DNA from: Planctomycetota bacterium
GTDB taxonomy: Bacteria; Planctomycetota; MHYJ01; WSZJ01
Assembly (NCBI GenBank): GCA_038060895.1
Contig: JBBTCT010000026.1
Span: 1-64,000 of the forward strand
Length of the DNA stretch: 64,000 bases
Direction: 5' to 3'
Shown here: piece by piece, positions 36,241 through 44,974 of the stretch
How positions within the stretch are numbered: position 1 is the first letter of the stretch
Layout of the letters: the number at the start of each line of letters is the position of its first letter
The notes under the pieces: model-generated
Told to the model about the DNA's origin: nothing
Seen by the model: only the letters and a program-made list of their open reading frames with translations
The model's database searches: none
Translations under genes and position numbers: made by a program

Positions 36241-38007
36241 ATGCCTTCATTCGCCGCTTTCTGGCAACGCAGCAACCCCGATTCGCGAATCCCCGAGCGC
36301 CTCGCGGGGCGGCTCGCGCGCCGCCCCGGCGACTCCGCCCGCGTCGCGGCCACCGCGGACGGCGCGGCCGGCATCGCCTCCCGCTTCCCCGAAAACGCGA
36401 ACTTCGCCACCAACGCCTCCGGCACGGTTCGCTGCGCCTTCGACGGCGAACTCTTCAATAAGCCTGATATCCGAAAGTTCGTGCTGTCGCGCACGCGCAA
36501 CCTGAAAGACGAGTCCGCCGCCGAACTCATCGCCAACCTCTGGGAAGCCAAGGGCCGCGACATGATGATGTCGCTGCGAGGTTCGTTCGCGCTGGCGATC
36601 TGGGACGAACCCAACCACATCCTTTTCGTCGCACGCGATGCCATGGGCCACCGGCCCCTCTACGTCACCGAGGGACCCAATGGCTGGGCGTTCGCGAGCG
36701 AACTGCCGCCGCTCCTCGCCTTCCCCCCGGCGCGCCCCGGCCTCGAGCCGCAGGTCCTCGACTTCTACCTCGCGTTCCACGCCGCCCCCGCCCCCCTCAC
36801 GCTCTTCAAGGGAATCCGCAAACTCCCCCCCGCAGGCTGGATGGAAATCCATGACGGCCACCTCGAAGACGGCCGCTACTGGACCCCGACCTACTACGAC
36901 ACTGCGGGCCAGAACCCCGACGAAATCGCCCAGCACGCGTTCTCCTACCTCTTCGAGTCCGTCAAGGCCCACACCCGCGACCTCGATTCCCCCGTCGTCC
37001 ACCTCGAAGGAGATCCCTTCTCAGCCGTCCTCGCGGGGCTGGCGGGACTGGCGAAGCGCGGCAAGATGCGTGCCTTCTCGATGCGTCACGGCTGGGTGCC
37101 GATCGAAGCGCGCGAGGGTGCGGAACTCGGCGCGAAGCGGTTTGGGTGCCCGCATGAAGAAGAAATCAGCGCGGACACGATCGCGGGGCTGGTGGATGCC
37201 ATTGCCCAGGCGAACGTGGAAGCGCTTCCCCTCGCTCGCATGGCCCCCGCGATGTTGTTCGCCCGCAGCAAGGGTGCCGCGGCGGGAGGAGTGCTGACGG
37301 CGGCGGGGGGAGAGATGTACATGCTCGCGGGAAAGCGCGCGGCGCCGACGCCGCTTTCAACGCTGGGGATGTGGCGCCGGATGAAGGAGCACACGGAAAC
37401 GGCGGGGCGCCCGCCGTCGCGAGAGCTGGCGACGGAGTTCGAGGCGCGGATGGTGTGGCCGCCGCTGGACCGCATGAACGTTCTTCGCGAGAAGACGATT
37501 GGCGCGATGGAACCGCTGGCAGAGCTGTTCAAGACGGCGCCGACCCCGGGTGATCCGTCGATTGCGGCGTTTGCCGACGCGGTGTTCTTTCTCCCCGAGT
37601 TGTTCCTGGCTCCGCTCGAGGCCGCGTGCCGGGCGCATGACATCCGCTTCCGCTCGCCCCTCGCCGACCCGAGCGCGGTGCAGATCCTTGTCCCGGTCGT
37701 GCACGCGCTCGCCGGGATGCAGCCGCTTCAGGGCCTCCGCCGGGTCTTTGACTCGCTCGTGCCCGAGGATGCGTTCTGGGAGACGCGGTGGGCGAGGCCT
37801 GAGGACTGGGAGCTGGCGACGGCGCGCGAGCTGGGGGCGCGGGCGTGCGACACGCTGGTGGAACCGCGGAGCATGCAGCGCGGCGTGTTCGACGTCACGG
37901 TGGTGAAGCGGATGGTGGAAGAGCACCGGAGGGATCCGGTGAGGCACGACAAGAAGCTGATGTTGCTGTTCGCGCTGGAGCTGTGGCACAGGACGTTCGT
38001 GGATTAG
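36241..38007 (+). CDS. Asparagine-synthetase-like protein with degenerate active sites
   Basis: Colinear with AsnB (LRGSFALAIWD, ARDAMGHRPLY, FASEL, IRKLPP, C-terminal LELWHR) but no N-terminal Cys, and LEGDPFS replaces LSGGxDS. Confidence 0.85.
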   Translation: MPSFAAFWQRSNPDSRIPERLAGRLARRPGDSARVAATADGAAGIASRFPENANFATNASGTVRCAFDGELFNKPDIRKFVLSRTRNLKDESAAELIANLWEAKGRDMMMSLRGSFALAIWDEPNHILFVARDAMGHRPLYVTEGPNGWAFASELPPLLAFPPARPGLEPQVLDFYLAFHAAPAPLTLFKGIRKLPPAGWMEIHDGHLEDGRYWTPTYYDTAGQNPDEIAQHAFSYLFESVKAHTRDLDSPVVHLEGDPFSAVLAGLAGLAKRGKMRAFSMRHGWVPIEAREGAELGAKRFGCPHEEEISADTIAGLVDAIAQANVEALPLARMAPAMLFARSKGAAAGGVLTAAGGEMYMLAGKRAAPTPLSTLGMWRRMKEHTETAGRPPSRELATEFEARMVWPPLDRMNVLREKTIGAMEPLAELFKTAPTPGDPSIAAFADAVFFLPELFLAPLEAACRAHDIRFRSPLADPSAVQILVPVVHALAGMQPLQGLRRVFDSLVPEDAFWETRWARPEDWELATARELGARACDTLVEPRSMQRGVFDVTVVKRMVEEHRRDPVRHDKKLMLLFALELWHRTFVD

Positions 38008-38059
38008 GTTTCGCCTTTCGCCCTTGCCCACGGAACGACACACCTTGAGGAATCCTGCC

Positions 38060-39229
38060 TTGAAAGTCCCGCTCCTGGACCTGACCGCGCAGTACAAGAC
38101 CATCAAAGACGACGTCATCGCGGCCATCACTCCCGTGATGGAAACGCAGATGCTGATCCTCGGCGCGACCGTCGAGAAATTCGAAGCTGCAATGTCGGAG
38201 CTTACGGGCGTCAAGGGCTCCATCGCCGTCTCGAGCGGGACCGACGCGATCGTGCTGGCCGGAATGGCGCTGGGGCTCGGTCACGAAGACGACGTCATCG
38301 TGCCCAGCTTCACTTTCTTCGCGACGGCCGGCTGCATCGCGAGGCTCGGCGTGCGGCCCGTGTTCGTGGACATCGACCCGAAAACGTACTGCCTCAGTCC
38401 GGACGCGGTGGCGAAGACGATCGCCCGGGATTACGTCGTCAAGGGCGACGACGCGCCCCCGGTGCACCGCAAGACAGGCCGCAAGCTGCGCGGAATCATG
38501 CCGGTTCACCTTTACGGGCAATGCGCAGACATGGACCCGCTTCTCGAAATCGCCGAGATCTACCGCATCCACGTGATAGAGGATGCCGCGCAGGCCATTG
38601 ACGCGCGGTACAAGGGAAAGCCCGCGGGATCGATGGGAATCGTCGGCTGCTACTCGTTCTACCCGACGAAAAACCTCGGCGCTTTCGGCGACGCAGGTCA
38701 CATCGTCTCGAACGATCCGGCGCTCACCGACCTCATGCGCAAAATGCGCGTCCACGGCGGACACCAGCGCTACTTCCACGACGTCGTCGGCATGAACGCA
38801 CGGATGGACGCGCTTCAGGCCGCCGTCCTGACCGTCAAAATCAAGCACCTCAAGGGCTGGATCAAGGCCCGGCAGGAACGGGCGGCACGGTACGTCTCGC
38901 TCTTCGAAAAACACGGCCTCCTCAAGACGATCACCCCTCCATTCACTCCCCCGGACCGCGACCACACGTACCACCAGTTCGTCATCCGGTGCCCGAAGCG
39001 CGACGCCCTGCGCGATTTCCTCAAGGCTGCCGACGTCGGAAGCGAGGTCTATTACCCGCATCCGCTTCACCTGCAGAAGTGCTTTGCGGGTCTCGGGTAC
39101 AAGGAGGGCGACCTTCCGGAGACGGAAAAGGCGACGAGGGAAGTTCTCGCGCTGCCGATTTATCCTGAGCTTTCCACGGAACAGCAGACCTTCGCCGTCG
39201 AGAAGATTGCGGAGTTCTACCGGAAATAG
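38060..39229 (+). CDS. DegT/DnrJ/EryC1/StrS family nucleotide-sugar aminotransferase
   Basis: VPLLDL, SGTDA, FTFFAT, PVHLYGQ, IEDAAQA, PLP-lysine SFYPTKNLGAFGDAG; TTG start after GAGG. Confidence 0.95.
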   Translation: MKVPLLDLTAQYKTIKDDVIAAITPVMETQMLILGATVEKFEAAMSELTGVKGSIAVSSGTDAIVLAGMALGLGHEDDVIVPSFTFFATAGCIARLGVRPVFVDIDPKTYCLSPDAVAKTIARDYVVKGDDAPPVHRKTGRKLRGIMPVHLYGQCADMDPLLEIAEIYRIHVIEDAAQAIDARYKGKPAGSMGIVGCYSFYPTKNLGAFGDAGHIVSNDPALTDLMRKMRVHGGHQRYFHDVVGMNARMDALQAAVLTVKIKHLKGWIKARQERAARYVSLFEKHGLLKTITPPFTPPDRDHTYHQFVIRCPKRDALRDFLKAADVGSEVYYPHPLHLQKCFAGLGYKEGDLPETEKATREVLALPIYPELSTEQQTFAVEKIAEFYRK

Positions 39230-39240
39230 GAGAAGCGGCG

Positions 39241-39837
39241 ATGGCCACCGGCCTCATCGACAGGAAATTGGAAACTCGCGCGGCGAAGCTGGAGAAGAAA
39301 ATTTCCGGTTTGAAGGAAGAGCTCGCCGCGATTCATCGCAAGGGAAAGCCGCGCGCAGTCCCGGACTACGTCTTCCGCAGGCACGACGGCAAGCCGCTTC
39401 GGCTGTCGCAGGCGTTCGGGCGGCACAAGGACCTGGTTCTCGTGCACAACATGGGGACGTTCTGCCCGTACTGCACGCTCTGGGCGGACGGATTCGTTTC
39501 GCTCCTTCCGCACCTGCAGGACCGCGCCGGCTTCCTGGTAGTCAGCAACGATCCTCCGGAGAAGCAGAAGGCGTTCGCGAAGTCGCGCGGGTGGACGTTC
39601 CCGATGGCGAGCAGCCACGGCACCGCGTTTTTCGCCGAAATGGGATTTGCCGACAAGAACGGGAACTTCTGGCCGGGGTTCACGACTTTCCGCAGGAAGG
39701 GCAAGAGGGTCGAGCGCGTGGCGCGCCGTTTTTTCGGGCCCGGCGACGACTTCTGCAGCGCGTGGCACTTCTTTGACCTGCTGCGAGAGGGCTCGAACGG
39801 GTGGCAGCCGAAGTTCAGTTATCCGGCGAAGGGTTAG
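39241..39837 (+). CDS. DUF899 family thioredoxin-like protein
   Basis: VPDYVF, CPYCTLWADG, RGWTFPMAS, FGPGDDFCSAWHFFDLL. Confidence 0.85.
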   Translation: MATGLIDRKLETRAAKLEKKISGLKEELAAIHRKGKPRAVPDYVFRRHDGKPLRLSQAFGRHKDLVLVHNMGTFCPYCTLWADGFVSLLPHLQDRAGFLVVSNDPPEKQKAFAKSRGWTFPMASSHGTAFFAEMGFADKNGNFWPGFTTFRRKGKRVERVARRFFGPGDDFCSAWHFFDLLREGSNGWQPKFSYPAKG

Positions 39838-39864
39838 CACGGATCACGCCTTTCGAGACGATCG

Positions 39865-39890
39865 GGAATACCCGTTCGCTGCCCTGCGTT
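39865..39890 (+). promoter_or_regulatory. Possible ECF sigma promoter upstream of the YceI-like gene
   Basis: GGAAT-17 nt-CGTT resembles the GGAAC-N16/17-CGTT ECF consensus. Confidence 0.3.
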
Positions 39891-39937
39891 CCAGTGACAC
39901 ACCGGGTGATCCGCTTCCACTAACTGAGGAGACTGTC

Positions 39938-40558
39938 ATGAGGCTGCTGCTTCGCGCGTCGTTCGCCGTTTCGCTTGTGCTTGCCGCTTCCGCCGTTCTG
40001 TCCGCCGGCGACACGACCTATTACGTGGGACACAGCGAGAAGTTCGTGAACATCCAGTTCGAGTCCGAGACGGACCTGGAGACCATCATCGGCTCGACCA
40101 ACAAGGCGACGGGCGAGATTCACGTCGACCTGGACAAGGGCGAAGGCTCGGTGAACCTCACGGTCGCCGTCGCCGACCTCACGACCGGGATCGCGATGCG
40201 CGACGACCACATGAGGGGGGACAACTGGCTCCAGGCGGCGAAGTTCCCCGACATCACGTTCGTGTCGAAAAAAGTGAAGCTCGACAAGGACAAGGGGACG
40301 GCGGAAGTCACCGGCGACTTCTCCATGCACGGCGTCGCGAAGGAGAAATCGGTCACGGCCACCTGGGCGGCGGTCTCGAAGGAGAGGGCCGAAAAGGCGA
40401 AGTTCCCGGCAGGCGACTGGATTCGCATCGTCGTCGAGTTCGACGTCAAGCTCGGGGACCATGGAGTTGACGCGGGGAAGGGCGGCGGCAAGGTCAGCGA
40501 CGTCTGGAAGCTCAAGATGACGCTCTTCGCCTGCACTTCGAAACCTGAAAAGAAGTAG
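39938..40558 (+). CDS. YceI family lipid/polyisoprenoid-binding protein
   Basis: Signal peptide; LTTGIAMRDDHMR...WL...KFPDITF, GDFSMHGV; SD GAGGAG. Confidence 0.9.
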   Translation: MRLLLRASFAVSLVLAASAVLSAGDTTYYVGHSEKFVNIQFESETDLETIIGSTNKATGEIHVDLDKGEGSVNLTVAVADLTTGIAMRDDHMRGDNWLQAAKFPDITFVSKKVKLDKDKGTAEVTGDFSMHGVAKEKSVTATWAAVSKERAEKAKFPAGDWIRIVVEFDVKLGDHGVDAGKGGGKVSDVWKLKMTLFACTSKPEKK

Positions 40559-40571
40559 CACCGGCCGATTT

Positions 40572-40609
40572 CGGCCCCGGCATTCCGTATGCCGGGGCCG
40601 CTTTTTTTT
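40572..40609 (+). terminator. Rho-independent terminator
   Basis: CGGCCCCGGCAT-5 nt-ATGCCGGGGCCG followed by C and T8. Confidence 0.9.
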
Positions 40610-40643
40610 GCGCTCGCCGGGGGACGCTCCTAAGCTGGCCCCG

Positions 40644-41006
40644 ATGAGCGCCCCCATCTGCCACGTCGAGATTCCCGTCCGAAACATGGCCCGGGCAAAG
40701 AAGTTCTACGCCGGGGTTTTCGGATGGACGTTCAAGGCCTTTTCGCCGCGCTACGTCATGTTCATGACCGGCGAGGGCGAGAGGCTCGGCGGCGCGCTCT
40801 GCAAGACCGACCTCAAGGAGCTGCCCGCCGACGGCGGAGTCACCGTCTATCTCAAGGTGGACGCGATCAAGGAAGCGCTGTCGCGCGTGAAGGCGTGCGG
40901 CGGACAGGTGGTGCAAAAGCGGACCGAGATCGGCGGGGACAATGGATTTATCGCGTTCCTGCGCGACACCGAGGGAAACCGGATGGGGTTGTACGGCAGC
41001 CACTGA
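40644..41006 (+). CDS. VOC/glyoxalase family protein
   Basis: ICHVEIP, AKKFYAGVFGW, DTEGNRMGL. Confidence 0.9.
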   Translation: MSAPICHVEIPVRNMARAKKFYAGVFGWTFKAFSPRYVMFMTGEGERLGGALCKTDLKELPADGGVTVYLKVDAIKEALSRVKACGGQVVQKRTEIGGDNGFIAFLRDTEGNRMGLYGSH

Positions 41007-41119
41007 GCCCGAGCGAACATCCTTCGCGGCAGGCTGCGTCGGCCCAGTGATGATTCTTGAGCGGCCTCTGGCTATCGGGCCGACTCCGCCCGCCCCGAAG
41101 GATGTTCGCTCGGGCTCAG
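41003..41119 (+). repeat. ~117-nt structured repeat, copy B (homologous to 15197-15314)
   Basis: Perfect 24-bp arms CTGAGCCCGAGCGAACATCCTTCG and complement; same inner core as copy A; overlaps the TGA stop of the VOC gene. Confidence 0.85.
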
Positions 41120-41239
41120 GTCGCAATCTCGTCGGCCTCGATCTTTGTCGTTGCGAACAGTGTTTGACCACAGTCATACCGCTTACGCCGAGAAGAGCGC
41201 CGATCCGCAATTCGTCCGCCCGGCTTAGAATCCGGCGCA

Positions 41240-44200
41240 ATGCCCACGCCCAGCGATCCTGAAGTCCGCAAGTCCGGCCCTTCCGCGGGGCCGCCGCCCT
41301 CGATGCTGCCACAACTCGAAGCGGCACGGCGGAACCCGAACCTGAATTTCGGGAAGATCACCCTGCTGGAGGAAATCGGCCACGGCGGGATGGGCGTCGT
41401 CTACCGCGCGTGGCAGATCGACCTGCAGCGAATGGTCGCCGTAAAGGTGCTGCCGGCCAATTCCGCGAGGGAGTCCGGCGCGCGCTTCCTTCGAGAAGCG
41501 CGCCTCGCTTCGAAGCTGCGCCACCCGAACATCGTCGCGGTGCACGAGATGGGCGAGCACCAGGGGCGGCCCTGGTTTTCGATGGATCTCGTGGGCGGAG
41601 GATCGCTGGACCCGCTGGTGCGAGGGAAGAAGCTGCCCGTGAAGCGCCTGATGGAGATTCTGCGCGACGTGGCGCGGGCGCTCGATTTCGCGCACGCGGC
41701 CGGCGTAGTCCATCGCGACATCAAGCCCGCGAACATCCTGATGGGCGCCGACGGGACGCCCTTCCTCAGCGATTTCGGCCTGGCGGGCGAAGTGGAAGAC
41801 TCGGGAGCGAGGCTGACGATTTCCGGGGCGATCATGGGGACGCCGGCATACATGTCGCCGGAGCAGGCGCGCGGGCGGCATGGAAAGCCGGACGCGCGGT
41901 CGGACGTGTACTCGCTGGGCGCGGTGATGTACGAGGGACTGACGGGCGATACGCCGGTCCCGAAGGGCGACCTGGTGGAAATCGTGAGCGCGATCCTTCA
42001 CACGGACCCGCCAGCGCCCGCGTCGCGGGTGAAAGACGTGCCGAAGGATGCGGAGACGATCTGCCTCAAGTGCCTGCAGAAAGACCCGGTGCGGCGATAC
42101 CAGACCGCCGGGGCGCTGGCCGACGACATCGACCGCTTCCTGCGAAGCGAGCCGATCGCAGCGCGGGCGTCGTCGCTTCTCCAGCAGGCATCGCAGCGTG
42201 TTCCGCGGCCGAAGATGCTGGCGGCGGGCGCGGTGGTGCTGCTGGTTCTGGCGGTGTTGGGGTGGCTGGTGAAGCGCGAACTCACGCGTGGGCGGCAGAT
42301 CGAGGACCTTCAGCGCCGGATGGCGGCGGCCAACACGCCCGAAGAGCGGTCGCGGATTGCGGGTGAAATGGCTGCGCTGGGGGAGAAGCCGCCTGGGGTT
42401 CCGTCGTCAGGAGAACCCGGACCCGGCTCGACGGTCAAGGCTCCTGCCCCTCCGGCAGATCCACCCAGGGTGACGAGGACCGAAAAACTCGAGAGCGAGG
42501 TCCGCTCGCACATTGACTCCCGGGAATTCAGAAGTGCCCTGGACCTGCTCGTGGGGTTCACGCCCGCGAACGACGCGGAGAACCAGGCGCGCGGGATCCT
42601 GCTCGCGCTGATCTACGGCAAAGCGCAGTCCGCCTTCGACGAGATCGAGGCGCGCGCGCAGGCGCAGCTCCTCATCGGCAACTTCGACGGCGCGGTCGCC
42701 GTCTGGGACGAGGCAACCCGGATCGGACTGGAGAAGTTCTCGAAGCTCGCCGCCGACCACGTCGCCACGGCGAGGAAGAACCGCGCATCGGGAGCCCAGG
42801 CGGCCGCGCTCGATCGCCTCGATCCTTTGCGCGAGAATCTCCTCGAGCGATGCGCGGCGCGCGACTACCCGGGCGCAATGAAGATCCTCGACGCCCTCGA
42901 GGGCGAGGAGCCGTCGCTCGCGGCAGACCTGGCGCCGATCCGGACGGCGCTTCGCGACGCATCCGACGCGTTCAACGCCGCGCCCCGGGGAGCCGACCGG
43001 CTCAAGGGGACGAAATTCCAGACGAAAGGCGGGCTTGCTGAGATCAAGAGCGCGGACGCGTCGGGAGTGAGGGCGCTCCTGGAGGGTAAGGCCGACATCA
43101 CGGTTCCCTGGCGCGAAGTCCCGGCGTCCCGGGTGGCCGACCTGGTCGCCGCAGGCGGCGCGAGCGCGGAACAGCTCGGCTCCTTTCACCTTTTCGACGG
43201 ACGCGAGGCGGCAGCCGCCCTCGCCTGGGCGCCGAGCCCGCGGCGGAGGGACCTCGACGAGCTTGCGAAGTCGTTCCACGACACCATCGCGCGCGGCGAG
43301 TCGAAGGCGCTGCTGGAAGCGCTGCTGCTTGCGGGCGACGCGAAGGACTGGAAAACAGTGCGCGATCTCCTTGCTCTTCGGGGAAAGCACGCCGCCGCGT
43401 GGAGCGCCTCGGCGGATCGGCTGGATGAGCTCGAATACATGGCGGCGGATGAGCACCCGGGCGAGCCGTTTGCGCTGAAGCCCCGGTCCATTTCGGGCGC
43501 GCTGGCCTGGAGGTACGACTTCTCCTCGACGCTTCAGATGAAGGACTGGGCACAAGTGGGCGAGAACGTGGACAGTTCCCGGGGCACGTTCGGGCTCACC
43601 CTGGACGCCGGGCGGATCGCCCTCTCGGACGCCAATCTCCAGTTCGCGGCGCCCCTGGAAGGCGACCTGCGGCTCACGTTTGACCTGGAAGTCCGCAACC
43701 TGAAGGAAGGGTCGCACTTCGGCGCATTCCTGGGCGGCTATGTCTGGGAGCTCCGGCGAAATGGCGAAAGCCAGGTCTTCTCTCCCGGTGAGGAAGAACT
43801 CGCCAGCACGGAGAAATCCGGGGTCTCGGAAGGAGAATCCGTCCGGGCCGACATGACGATCTCCGGCGGCCGCGTCGTGTGCCGGATCGACGGAAAGACC
43901 ATTCTCGACCACGAGGCCAGCCATCACCTCGTCCCCATCCCGCCACGGATCTGGTCCGCATCAGGAGCGCGGATCGTCGTCGACAACGTCTCCCTCTCCG
44001 GGAAACTCTTCCCCGCCTGGAGCGCGGAAACACGGGCGCGCCAGGAAAGCCTGCAGGCCGCCGGCAGGGCGACCGCATCCGTGGTCGCCTCATTCAAGGA
44101 CGGCTCCTCTCTCGGCAAATTCGGCAAAGGCGACGACGGCACGTGGAAAGTCGAGGACGGCGCGCTGCGAGGGACGTCCGAGGACGACGAAACTCGCGCC

Positions 44201-44923
44201 ACGCTGACTTACGAGGAGCGGAAACTGCGCAACGTGCGGGTCCGCTTCCAGTACTGCGCGCACAAGGGCCGTCACTTCGCCCTCACCCTCCGCCAGAACG
44301 GCGGCGAGCAAAGGTACTACCTGCCCATGGACCTTCCCGGCCAGTGGCGCTCCGTCGAGGCGGTGATTGCGGAGGAAGCGGCGGTGCTTCTCGTGGACGA
44401 GATCATCCGGGTTGAGCCGCAGGACGGGCTCGAGGCTGTCTTCCCCGGCCACGTGAATTTCACGCTCAAGGGCGCCAGCGTCTCGATCCGGTCCGCTTCG
44501 GTGGAAGAGCTGCGCGGGCTGACACCGTCACGGGACTGGGAGGTGCTGTTTGACGGAGATGAGCCCAGGAAGCTCGTGCTGAAGGGGATCAAGCTCGACA
44601 AGGACGACCACGAGATCCGTGGAAAGGGATCGATTGACTGGCCGGATGCGGCGCCCGGTCACGAGACCAAGTGGATCGTTTATGGAGTGCACGAGGCGAC
44701 GATCCGCGTGGAAGCGGGCGGGGTCGCGCTCTGGGAAATCCGCTGCCCGGACCGGTACCAGACGTTCGGGGTGCGCTGGAAGGGTGACACCGTGGACGTC
44801 ATATGGAACGGGGTGGCGGCGGTACGGGACGTGAAGTGCGGAAGGTCCGGCGGCGTGAAGCTGGTCGTCGTGAAGGGAGAAGCCTCGATTGGCGGGGTGC
44901 TGACGCGCGCGTTGTCGCGCTGA
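41240..44923 (+). CDS. Receptor-type Hanks Ser/Thr protein kinase with large extracytoplasmic region (copy 1)
   Basis: GHGGMGVVY, VAVK, HRDIKPAN, DFG, GTPAYMSPEQ; one TM helix; helical and ConA/DUF1080-like beta domains. Confidence 0.93.
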   Translation: MPTPSDPEVRKSGPSAGPPPSMLPQLEAARRNPNLNFGKITLLEEIGHGGMGVVYRAWQIDLQRMVAVKVLPANSARESGARFLREARLASKLRHPNIVAVHEMGEHQGRPWFSMDLVGGGSLDPLVRGKKLPVKRLMEILRDVARALDFAHAAGVVHRDIKPANILMGADGTPFLSDFGLAGEVEDSGARLTISGAIMGTPAYMSPEQARGRHGKPDARSDVYSLGAVMYEGLTGDTPVPKGDLVEIVSAILHTDPPAPASRVKDVPKDAETICLKCLQKDPVRRYQTAGALADDIDRFLRSEPIAARASSLLQQASQRVPRPKMLAAGAVVLLVLAVLGWLVKRELTRGRQIEDLQRRMAAANTPEERSRIAGEMAALGEKPPGVPSSGEPGPGSTVKAPAPPADPPRVTRTEKLESEVRSHIDSREFRSALDLLVGFTPANDAENQARGILLALIYGKAQSAFDEIEARAQAQLLIGNFDGAVAVWDEATRIGLEKFSKLAADHVATARKNRASGAQAAALDRLDPLRENLLERCAARDYPGAMKILDALEGEEPSLAADLAPIRTALRDASDAFNAAPRGADRLKGTKFQTKGGLAEIKSADASGVRALLEGKADITVPWREVPASRVADLVAAGGASAEQLGSFHLFDGREAAAALAWAPSPRRRDLDELAKSFHDTIARGESKALLEALLLAGDAKDWKTVRDLLALRGKHAAAWSASADRLDELEYMAADEHPGEPFALKPRSISGALAWRYDFSSTLQMKDWAQVGENVDSSRGTFGLTLDAGRIALSDANLQFAAPLEGDLRLTFDLEVRNLKEGSHFGAFLGGYVWELRRNGESQVFSPGEEELASTEKSGVSEGESVRADMTISGGRVVCRIDGKTILDHEASHHLVPIPPRIWSASGARIVVDNVSLSGKLFPAWSAETRARQESLQAAGRATASVVASFKDGSSLGKFGKGDDGTWKVEDGALRGTSEDDETRATLTYEERKLRNVRVRFQYCAHKGRHFALTLRQNGGEQRYYLPMDLPGQWRSVEAVIAEEAAVLLVDEIIRVEPQDGLEAVFPGHVNFTLKGASVSIRSASVEELRGLTPSRDWEVLFDGDEPRKLVLKGIKLDKDDHEIRGKGSIDWPDAAPGHETKWIVYGVHEATIRVEAGGVALWEIRCPDRYQTFGVRWKGDTVDVIWNGVAAVRDVKCGRSGGVKLVVVKGEASIGGVLTRALSR

Positions 44924-44974
44924 CGCCCTCGGTTCATGGCGTAGAATCTCCGAACTCAGGGAGTGAGGGGAATC

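Noticed and set aside
41004-41060. TGA followed by a hairpin as a SECIS/selenocysteine readthrough signal
   Set aside because: The VOC domain is already complete, readthrough hits another TGA after 17 codons, and the homologous copy follows a TAG
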